From Podarcis bocagei (taxonomy: Eukaryota), in NCBI GenBank assembly GCA_964188305.1, contig OZ076893.1: a DNA stretch of 64,000 bases. The stretch is one strand, 5' to 3'. Shown in pieces: positions 24,801-36,800 of the stretch; position 1 is the first letter of the stretch; every line of letters starts with the position of its first letter. The notes beneath the pieces were generated by a model. It saw only the letters and a list, made by a program, of their open reading frames with translations, did no database searches and was not told the DNA's origin. The position numbers and the translations under genes are program-made.

Positions 24801-27800
24801 CAAACAAACCAACCAACCAACCAACCACAAACTCTTCCATTAATTAGAGTTTGCATTTCATCTAAACTGGAAAATTATGGTTAGCAGCTTTCAAACACAC
24901 CAGGGTATTATGGCATGGCTGGAAGTTGGATTTGTATCCTGATTTGTTCTGAAACTATTAAGCACAGCTGCCCAACGCAAACAAAAATAAGAAACCACAG
25001 TGCAGATTTCCTGGATTGTTTGCAGGCCCACGTGAAGAGCGGTGCAAAGGGTTATGTGTGTGGTCAAAATATCTATTCCACTGCAAAAGAGCATTTCTCT
25101 CACTACAAGCCATGCTGTCCCAAAGTTTTCATTAAGCTGCATTGAAATAATTGCCATTTTGTGAATGTCAGTTGTAAATGTTCTTTTTAAAATTGCACAG
25201 CTACCAAACAGTTTAGAAGACATGTTAAAGACTTACCAGGAAGTGTTTTTCCACTATCCTCCAAAGATATGGTAGTAGTTTCTGGTGGTCTCTTTTCTGA
25301 ATCTGGTACAGAAGAAGTCAGGTTTTTTGGAAGAAAGTCTTCATCTATGTTAGATGCTGCTTTTAAACATTCCATTTCCTTTTTCTCAAAACTTGTTTTA
25401 CAAGATGAGTCTCTGTAACTGTTTTCCTCATGTATTATGCTTAGATTAAGCTTCTCTTCTCCATTCCTGATAGACAAATTACTTTTGGACAAGTCTCTTG
25501 GAGAAGGCATTTCAGATTCCTGTTTGTACAAAACTGTATGCAAGTCCCTGGCAGTTGCTTCACCTTTAATTATGCTTTCGGGTTCACCGTCATTCTCAAC
25601 TTCATCGGTTTTTCTGAGATATTTCTCTATGTCAAATGTGCTACTTTCTACATTGTTGACATATGACTGACTTGCGGCAGAAAAGTCTGTCGGTTTGACA
25701 CCTCCAGGGATGCTTGTTACTTCTCTATTTTTATTTGAGGCTTTCGTCATCAAAGCAGCGAGTTGTGCTGGATCAGTACTAACAGAAGCATTTGCAATAG
25801 CAGATGCAATTGTGCTTATACTTAATATAGATGGCTCATGCTGCTTACATTCAACTTTTCGGTCTTCGCATTTCTCCTAGAAGTTGGAAAAGAAGTTGAC
25901 ATTTTTAACATCCTGTAGCAAAGCTGAACTCATGTGTCATAATGGTTATATTGCCTCCAATATCAGAGGCAATATAGTTCTGAATACCAGTTATTGAGCA
26001 TTTTAAACAGGAACTGCATCATTGCACTCATGTCCTGCTTGTGGGCTTCCCATTGTCATTTTGGCTGGCTACTGAGAATAGAATGTGGGACTAGACAGAC
26101 CTTTGGTCTGATCCAGCAGTAGTTCTGCCACTCAGACAATGTATTCAGAAAAACTGAACAAGTTTTCCACTCATGAGACAGTATGTTTTAACTTCCAGCT
26201 TCAGGTTTAACTGTACCATATTTTTCCATGTATAAGACAATGCTTTTTGCTAAAAAAAAAAAAAGGCAAAAAATTGGGTGTCGTCTTATACACGGATAGT
26301 GAATATAGAGGGGGGACATATGATTAATGACAGCAGCAAGCAGGAGATTGGCAGCAGCGATTGGGCAAGTGATTGGTGGCTGTAGCAAGGCCTGCTGGCG
26401 ATTGGCTGCGGCAATTGGGCAGGCGACTGGCGCTGTGGCGAGGCGGGCAGGTGACTGGCGGCTGCGGCAAATAAGTGGGTGGGCTGTTGGTGGCAGCAAG
26501 CGGGCAGACAATTGGTGGCTGGGGCGGGGTGTGTGATCAGCATTGGCTGTAGCAAGCAATCAGCAGTGGCAGGCAGGCGAGTGAGCGATTGGTGGAAGTG
26601 ACCTCCCCCGCCCCCCAAAAAGCTAAACAAATTAATTTCTTAATTTTGGGTAAAAAAAAATAGGGGTCATCTTATACACGGGAACATCTTATACATGGAA
26701 AAATACGGTATGTTAGACACACTGAAATATTTGTTTCAGAATTCTTATAAGAAATGAAATACTTTTAAACAGATATCTATTTTGCTTTTGATATCTAAAT
26801 ACTTACCCTTCCTCTCTCTCTGTCTTTTGCACTCACTTCACAAAGGGTAAATGTAGCAGATGCAATGTGGGAGTCTTCCTTAATGCTTCCTTCTACATCC
26901 CCTAAGACAAGAAAAGTTAGCTTGTGTTCACTAGAATACTGTTTACAATAAGCCAATGAAAGAAACGTATATTGCAAAGAACAAATTGCAAAGGTTAATG
27001 TTGCACCTAGCCATATTCAGATCATTATCCATGTTTTCATGCTGCTGTTCCTCCTCTTTCTGTTGTATACTTGCTTTGGCACAGATATTTCTATTAACCT
27101 GATTTTTTAGCTCACATTAATGTAGAGTTCCCTGGCTTGGATGCAATGGGGAATTCTGGATTAATGCAAGGCAGGAGATCCAAGTCACTGGCCAATGTGA
27201 AAAGGGGAGAGAAATGTGTTTTATGACACTATGAATGATTGTCTGAACATGGCCATTTTAAGTAATTAAACCACACAAATGTAATTAAACACACATCTAA
27301 GATCTATTTGGAATAACGAAAATCCTATGTAAAAGCAATTTAATTCTATCTGTACTCTAACTGTTTATTTTCATACCAAGCACAGTGTGTGACGATAATA
27401 CTAAGCTGCATAAGGAAACATATGATTTCTAAGCCATCCTTCATGAAAAGACTCCAGGGTAATTTACATATCTGTACCATTAAATAGGTAAAGGGTAAAG
27501 GGACCCCTGACCATTAGGTCCAGTCGTGGCCGACTCTGGGGTTGCGGTGCTCATCTCGCTTTATTGGCCGAGGGAGCCGGCGTACAGCTTCCAGGTCATG
27601 TGGCCAGCATGACTAAGCCACTCTGGCGAACCAGAGCAGCGCACGAAAACACCGTTTACCTTCCCGCCGGAGCGGTACCTATTTATCCACTTGCACTTTT
27701 GTGCTTTCGAACTGCTAGGTTGGCAGGAGCAGGGACCAAGCAATGGGAGCTCACCCCGTCACGGGGATTCGAACTGCCGACCTTCTGATCAGCAAGCCCT

Positions 27801-30800
27801 AGGCTCTGTGGTTTAACCCACAGCGCCACCAGCGTCCCTGTACCATTAAATACCACACATAATAAAGCACCAAAACCAAAATTTTAAAATCTGTTAAAAA
27901 AACTCTTGGCCTGCATATAGCCCCAACACGGTTTTTGACACCCCCCCAAATGACTTTTAAAAGTTCCTATGCACCCCCAGTGTTACGATACGAAAAGGTT
28001 TTTGCGATACCCATGTGTCTTTTTTTAAAAAAAAGAAATTTAAAATTAGCTATCCTCACTTTCAGACTTCAGCCATGCCCACTTCGACATGTTACCCCTG
28101 GAGGGGTTGGCCATGAGTCAATCCTTCCCTCTGCATGAAAAATATGAGCTGCTCCTTATATTAATATGAAACAGCATGAAACCCTGCAGGACCCTGCAGC
28201 ATAGTTGCCAGGGGGCAGAGCAGTCCTCTAATGCCATTCTGGAATATGCTCAATATAAAACACAGACCCCATTTTCTTGCCCTCACTTACACTATGTTGG
28301 CAGGCTAGCAGCTTAGTCTGCAGCTGTATGCTATATAGTGTTATCAGACTTGGCCCAATACATAAGCAGATTTTGGAAATGAAGTGAACAATTGGCTAAC
28401 ATCATGTGTGGCCAGCGTGGTGCCCTTCAGGTGTTGTGAACAGTCCATTACCCATGCTGGTGGAAAGTATGAGGAACTGTAGTTCACAATCTTTGGAGGC
28501 CACTAGGTTGGCTTCACCTGATAAACAGCTACTTGCACAGAATTCTTAGGTTTACGAGAAATTATTCGGTTTAAAAGAAATTACCTTGAAGAGTAGATGT
28601 CTGAGAATTCTGTTCATCAGAGTTTGTTCTAGATACATCAGATTGCCTCCACAAAGGAAGAGGTTGTCTCTTTTCCGGTGAAGTAATGTGATAACCAAAA
28701 GATGGCTGTAAGAGGAAATAACGTTCGTGATAAACCCTTTGAGAAACATGTAGTAATAGAAGCTGGCCAACACAGCGTCTAGATCTGGAAGATGTAAAAC
28801 TTGCCTTCAAAAATTTGCTTCTTTGCCCTGTGTTTCACAGTCCATTGTAGAAAATAACTCAACAGGTGTTTACAGGGACATGAAACTACCTCATGGACAA
28901 GTCAGTAATGGGCTACATAAAATGCAGTAGTTCTCCGGGGTCTCAGGCATATATCTCTTTCAGTCCTTCTATCAGAGATATTTTAATGAATTTGGAAGGC
29001 ACTAAACCTGCATTTTCTGTATGCAAAGCATATGCTCTATTACTTAGCTATGAGCCTGCTCATTTACTTATTTCTATTTTGTAGTCTGAGAGGAATCTTG
29101 CCAAAAACCAAGTATGTACATATAGTGGTAAAAGTATGTGGACAAGACAGCTACGTACCCGTTTCACATCACCTCCTCCTCCGAGGCAACCAAGAGCCTC
29201 AGACCTCTGACCAAAGAACTCTCCTAGAGAGAGCCGTAGGTAACTAGCATCTTTGCTAAAGTCGGTTTGTGAACCTCTAAGTGGGTTGCCATTATTAACA
29301 CATTTCCATGAAGAGTCCTCTAATCCAGAGGTATTTTGCAGTTCCATTTTCTCTTCCTGAAAATGTAGCAAACAAAAATGTGAAGAATTATCATTACCTA
29401 TAGACAAAAGGATCAGAATAGCCTCTTTACGATGTTTCCTACCTGAATAAATCTGTGTTCCCTTTCAAATTCTTCTTGATCTTGGTCAATCACTGCAATT
29501 GCTTCAGCTTTTCAAAGAGTAAGAGGAAGAAAGGGAAACGATTAACCTCTTAGCATATCCCACATTCCCTAGGCAGAATGGATGAATGAGTGAAAGGTAA
29601 AGTAATCGTGAAGTAAAAATTACATTAAAAATTAGGCATATTTTATGTACTGAGCTTAGTTTCCTGTAAGGTCATGTAATGTTAATATGCAATTTGTTCA
29701 GCTCCATCAGCTGAATGTTTTAAGTCGGCTAAAAGCATATCTGCTTACTCAGGCTTCTTGAGATGTTTAAGGTGGTTATTCTGTTCAGCTACTGGCTGTG
29801 ATGTTTTTAATTGATGGATTTTTAAAAATAATTTAGTTATTATTTTCTGATTTCTATTTGTAATTTCATACTTGTAGCTACTTAAAGAGATTTTTTCCTA
29901 AAAATGTCACCAGTATATAAATCCAAATAAAAAAATAAAATTTAAAAGTTTTGTGTGGTTTTATGATATTATGGTAATACCAACTGTAAGAAAAGACAGG
30001 TATTTACCATTCAAGGAGAACCACTTTGAATAAAAACAAGCTTTTGTATCATCTGAAGCCCTGGTATGCTGTGCTGCTGTCTTTGTAAGGAGCAGAGCTA
30101 TCAGCTAGGAAATCTGAAAGCCATGCCAGCCCTTTTCCTCTACCATTATTTAATTTCAGCAGTTTTGTAAGTAATACTACAATTGAAGTCTATCACAACT
30201 AATATCCTAAGTTTAAAGAAGTCAGGTTACTTATGCTATTGTCAATTGCTTTAACACTGAAGTTTCAGTTACCCAAAGAAGTATTTTTGTTTCACTGTCA
30301 TCCAATTGGCATCTGCATTACATTACCTACAAATATGTGGAGAATCTTGGTGACCCATGTCCTAACATATAATTAATCTTGTCGTACAAACTTACTCAAG
30401 CCAGGTCGAAGGAAAGCTTTGCAAGACCCCTGCTATGTTTCCTACTTATCTTTGTGGAAAGGGGTAATTTAAAACCGAAGTAAAAAAAATAATCTCGAGA
30501 AATCAAGGGAGCTCCGACAAAACTCTTTCTGATACTGACATATTTTGTAAATGTAGGTGTCTGTTCTTTTAAGATTAGGAAGTGAAATGCAACCAAGACA
30601 TTTCCAAAGATTTAAAGGTATAGTAAGGCTTACATCCAGCTACGAAGTCTCCACTTAAGTTTGAGAAATTGGATACTTCTTCTTTATTAAATGACGTGTA
30701 GTAAGCAAGATCTGTCACCCATCTACCATCTTCATTTTGATACACAACATCATGTGGTGGGTCCTCTAAAAAAGGAATCACATATTGTCTTTAGCTTCCT

Positions 30801-33800
30801 CCACTTTCAGTCATGACACACATGTACATGAATGAGTACATTACAATATAGCACAAATAAGGTTCCTATCCTAGACTTTGACAATTGGGGGAAGGAAAGG
30901 AAAGCTAACAATGAGTTGATTTAACAAAACAACAATAAGCAATACATGCATGCTTTAACTTAGTGGTTAAATCAAAACTGAACCGGGATATTCAAAAGCT
31001 ACTTTTGTTCCACTCTCATTTTCAAGTAAGCTACAGTATTTCATCAGTAAGGCCATGTGCTGTTTACATCAGGCATAACACAAAAGCATTCACAGCAGCC
31101 ACCCACCAACTCAGCAACATCTCAAAATCAATCTAGAAGCTGAAAGCACACAGGAGCTAGCATTTAACTAACCTTCTGCTGTACATTCATATTGCTCTGA
31201 ACCTTTGTAAGCACTTGGCGACAGGTATGCATCAGCCAGAGGAACATAATTTTCATTAGCAAGCTGCGACAGATCAGGAAATTGGGTTTGCTGTTCTGTG
31301 TGCCATATCTCAGAAGCAGCATTACTGTCAGCAATGCATTTGAAGTAGAGAGAATCTAGCTTTAATTCACAGTTGGTTACGTTTGTGACATCCTTTTATA
31401 AAAAGCAAAAGGAAAGAGAGAGAGTTACTTTATTAACTGGACAAAAATGTTCATTTTCTTTTTAATGTCAATTAAGAGATACTTTCCCAGACCAATTTTA
31501 AATAACCTCATGTAGTAAGGTTTTCTATAATTGCTCAAGGACTTTCATTGAGTATGCAATATAAAGTGTTTATTGCTGTTAAGTAGTGTATGCTATTTGG
31601 GAAATTTTACTGGGAAAGCTCCCTCCAGCTTGCAAATAGGATCATGAGCTAGGTACTGTTAACTATAGTGCTCATTGTGGTGATGGGGAGAGGAGGAAGG
31701 GACAAAAGGAACAAGTTAATGTTGTCTACTCAAGGTCTTGGCATGAGACAGATGACTACTGGTTGGAAAAAAATAATAGGGATTTGCATGTGTGATTGAT
31801 TCATACTCTTGAGAAGCTTTGGAAATTCAGACTACTCAGAATGTTTTCCTTAAAAAACAGAAACAAAAAGTATCCCCAACACTTGCTCAAAAAGAAGTCT
31901 GGTTTATTTAAAAAAGAGATGATCCCCACTTAAAAGAAACTGGTGATATCCAACTCATACTCAGAGTAGACCCATGAACAAGTTACTTAAGATTATTTAT
32001 TTCAATAGGTCTACTCTAGGAGATACCCAACATTAGGTCAAACTCAGTATCTTGAGCCAGAATACATGGATTCTGATTTTCAGTCCTCTACTTACATTTC
32101 TGCTGCTGCTGACTGTTTTCGTCTTTACAGATATTCCATCTTCCTCACTACAGTCATGACAACCTGCAGTGATACAGTTATTTAGCATTGATTTTAAATG
32201 AAATGAAAGAAATGTTGTAATAGAAAAAACCATTTAATAGGTAACACATCTGGCCACAGTACTTTGGGCATCATTACCATACCGTATTTTCCTCATTATA
32301 TTCATTTTTACTCAATATGCATTTTTTAAAAGATGCTTAAAATTTGTCATGACACGATTGTGCCTTTTAAGGAGACGCAGAATAAACTATAAGTTGTACC
32401 AAAGTTATATGCACATTCAGTACATTAAAATGTCACCATCAATAACAGAGCTGCTACCTAGGGCATCTGAAGAAGCGTGTTGATAATCTGTTGTTCTACT
32501 GCATACTTCAGATGTGTAAACTACCATTTCAGCAGGAAACTTTTCAGAACTATCTCTGTGTCCGGAGTTTAGACTAGGTTTACTGCATTCTACCTGTTGC
32601 AAATAAAAAAGAAAAGATAAGTAAATGCATTGCAAATTAAAAAATACAATTATTAAAATGTATTTGAGTATAGGCAACCCACGTTCAGCAACCCCCAAAC
32701 TATATTGGTTAAAGGTTTGTGTCTTCTCTAGAAATTTAGCCAAGCTTAATTATGACGCACCTCTTGCCTTGCTGTCATGGGCAACATAAACTGCTCATCT
32801 TTTTCATTCTGCCCAGCTTTCTTAAAATCATACAGTTCTTCGTTGCTAGCAACAGGAGAATCAGTTCTTGCTGCCTGGCAAACGGTAGGTATCTGGAACT
32901 TTTCCTGAAGAATTTCAAGTGTTAGTTTTCAGCCAAAATGCCTTAAATGTGCTCTAGAGTTGGGGAGGCCTGTGGCTTTGCAAGGAGCATCACACAATGT
33001 GTCAGGATGAGCCCTGCTCACCTCTACAGCTTCAAAGTTGGGAGGTTGGCTAGCTGCTCATCACGCTCAGAGCAGGTGAAGCTCAAGTACCCAAGAACTC
33101 TTGAGCAACGACAGAAGATTATTTATGTAGTTTGTTAGAGCATGATCCACTTGCACCACAAGTGTACTGCTTATGAAGCATCCCAGAAAGTCCATTTCTT
33201 TTCACCAACCAACAAGGGCGTATGAGCACAAGTACATAACATTAGGGAGAATGCCTAGTCTCTGTGTGCTGCCTTATCTCCATCTATTGCTCATTCTCTA
33301 TTCTTTTGTAGTTCTTGTGTAGAAGGTGGGGAGAGAAAAGGGAAATTATTGCTATTAGGATCCTCTGCAGGAGATGCAGCTTTGGGGCAAGTGAACTGTG
33401 CCTCGTTTCAGCTCCCTTAAGTTACCAACACTATCTACCCCCCAACCACCTTTTACAAAATTGTTCATGCAGACTAACAATGTCATAGTGTGCCTACAAA
33501 CCCCCAATACTAGAATAACTGAATTTTCACTTACACTTTTCCTATTTGAAGGCAGTTCCATGGCTTTAACATGTTCTCCAAATTCATGTTCTTCAACATC
33601 TTCCATCTGCATTTCTGGTAGTACCAGCTGCTCAAAATAGGTCTCCAGTTGGCCATCACAGAACTCTTCATCTCCAATTTCATATTCTAATTCAGCAAAA
33701 AGTGGCTTGCCATTAGTTCAAATATTAAGTATGAACCATGTGCATTCTTCCACAGTTCCCCAGATATATGCACACAGGTGTTTTAAGGATATATGTATAT

Positions 33801-36800
33801 CATCTACACTTCACATGTTCACTGCAGGAAGAATATGCATTGCATGAAACATCAGTGCACAAATAATCTGGCTTGCTGCTGGCAGTGTGGAGCCATCCTT
33901 AGCAAAAATAAACTGGAAGGATACCAAACAATTCAAATTTTAAAGCAATACCTGTAGAATTTCCTTCTAAACTTGCAAAGCTCAGTGGTTGTTCATTTTC
34001 TATAAATCTGGAAAAGCCGATCCTAGCGTTGTTGTCTATTTCATTTGTTATTCTCTTCTGACCATGTTCTAATGAAACAGCCTACAAACCAAAGCCAATA
34101 CAGGAATTTGAATTACTTATTGTTGAGTCTCCTCCATAACTTCACTTTTTACTGGCTGGATCAATCAAAGTCTCTAGTGTTCATCAAATGCCCCCAAGGA
34201 AAGCAGAACATGATGTTATATTATCCCATGCTTAAGTCGCATAAGTTTTTAAAAATAGAAGGGATTCAAGAAATTACAGACAACTTAATGTTTGTTCCAG
34301 TTAAATTGGTGGAAAGCTTTAAAGATAAAATGGTAAAGTATAAAAGAGAAGAAGTCTTGCTGATGAAACAACAGCATGGCTTCTGCAAAGATAAAGCCTG
34401 CCTCAGTACTACTTTGGATTCTTTGAGAGTGTGGCCAAGCATGTGGAGTGATGCTTCAGAAGACATTATTTACTTAAGACTTTTTGCTAGAAAAAAGTAC
34501 ATTAGTTCTTTGTAAAGTCTACATCGATCGTACTGCAGAAAAGTTACCTTGTAGACTTCATTGTCTTTTTCAAATGAAGCAAATATTCTAGCTGTCAAAT
34601 CTGAAAGTAAAAAAAAACAGTGTTTTTCTACTGCATTAGCAGTCCTCTTTACAAAGACAGAGCAAAGAATTTGCCAGGAATTTCTTAACTACAGTGGTAC
34701 ATGGTTTATATTGCTTGAAAAATATATGCAAATGCTCTTGCTCTGCAAATATCATTAGTTTATTTGGGAGGAGCACTGTCTCCCACTTAGCACTGTGCAT
34801 AAAAATTGAACACTATCAAGAACCTTTAGCAAATGTAACCTAATCAAGTATGGAATCATTCAAGAATATTATTTTTTAATTAATTGCACCCTTCCAAGTA
34901 CATTCATATATGTGCTCAGGTGCAGAGAAATGTGGGTTTGGTTTGCCCAAAATTACTTTAAACCACTTTGAGGGTTTTTACAATCAAGTGGTGTATAAAT
35001 TTTATGAAATAAAAGTAAAGAAATAAAATTGTCTGGCAGGCCTAATTAGGTCTGTAGATCAACAGCTCCCCACTCCTGCTCTACTCCATTCTCCACCATC
35101 ATCCAAGTTTGTCTATTCCCACCAGGTCAGCCAGGCAAATTATGTAGATGCCAGCTACTACCTTATTTTTGGTAGCTCCAGTTCATTTCCAAACTGATGG
35201 GAAACTCAAGTGGGTGACTATTAGCGGGAAAGCTATATTACACTTGAGGTGTCACAAATGAGGATACCACACTTAGCAGAACTTCAGAATACATTGTAGA
35301 ATGCTTAATAGTATTCCTACAGACACTGTGAAAACTGCCTACCTTCCAAGTGTTGAAGTGAAAGCCTCTCATGCAAAGAATGCCACTGGTTCCCAGAGCA
35401 TTCATTGGAAAAATGCTGGTGCTTTTGCTGCAAAACATTAGATTCTTCCTGGTTTGACTCCAACTGATTGTCTGCAGCTTTATTACAGCATTCCCTGAGA
35501 AAGTTAAAATGAAGGTTTTAATCTTAATTTTACAACTACTTAGTAGTTTTATATACTTAATGTCAGACAGCTCCACCTGCATTGTTTAGCTGAACCACAC
35601 TAAGCTATATATTCCAGAATAATTTCCCTAGTGGTATCTTGTAGATTGGATCACACCCTGGATATTGTAGAAAGGAAGCTGCAACCTGCTGCATTTTATT
35701 TAAAAATATAATATTTATAATAAAAGGCATGTTTATAAAACAGATACAGTCACTGTCAATTCTTAATAAGTTTCCAACTCAAATTTAATTTGTGTTTAAC
35801 ATGTATAAATATTTTTATAGTTAAGTTTGCATATTAGCCTATAGCTTGTTCTTCCAAAATTTTACAAAGTACATCTTTCCATAAACCTATTCTCATGTGT
35901 GTTCCTTCTAGCTCCAACATAGGAGGTATGTTTGAATAAAAGTTTTATTTCCCAGGATCATTCTGAGACAGGAGGCGAGTTTAGCTTTCCAGCAACATAT
36001 AAAGATTTTCTAGTGCGTCTCAACTGGTAATATCAATATTAGACTAACTTAAATGAAAAAGTTAACTAAGTCTAAAATCTGAAAAACATATTAGGATCTT
36101 ACAGGTACTTTTTAACAAGGTAAGCCAGGAAGTAGTTACCTACTTCAACACTTAAAAAAAAAACACCACACCCCAGCTAGGTTTATTAGCAGCATCTACC
36201 TAAACATTTTTAACAAGAAACTTATGTTCCTTGAACAGGTCATAATTTGGAAAAAATGATATACACCATGCAAGCAAAAGATAGAACTTAATAGGGAGTA
36301 CATAAGATTTGCTTCTAGAGTCATAAGTGGCATTGAATGGGTGAGTTTGCTAGATACAATCTGACCACAGGTTCTCTTGTGAGACAACTCCACATGCCAC
36401 AGAAATTAGTCTAAGGAACAACCGAGTTGGGCTTTCATTACTATCCATAGGTTAATCTTAACATACATTTTAGGATTTAAAACATAAGGAGGATATTTCA
36501 TGGTCTTAGCAGTCTAGAACAGGAATGAACCTCTGGACCTTCAGATGTTGGACTGCAACTCTCATCAGCAAGACCAACAGTCAGGGATTATGAAAGCTTA
36601 GGTCCAACATTCAGGGGACTATAGTATTTTTATTTTTATTATTAAATTTATATACCGCTTTTCATCTGGGGATCACAGGGCAGTTTACAGTTAAAAAAAG
36701 CACAAAAATACATAACAAATAACAAAACAAAAACAGAGTTAAAAAGACCATAGGTTCTTTAATTAGCTGAAGGCTGGAAGAAGAGGAATGTTTTTTTTTC

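Noticed and set aside
26188-26630. Overlapping Pro/Ala/Gly-rich ORFs here and at 50285-50906, 2116-2462, 11623-11918, 12764-13183
   Set aside because: All lie mostly inside MITEs or SINEs and show no transposase or other domain similarity.
34045-34515. 156-aa plus-strand ORF within CEP192
   Set aside because: Explained by a decayed CR1 reverse transcriptase fragment.
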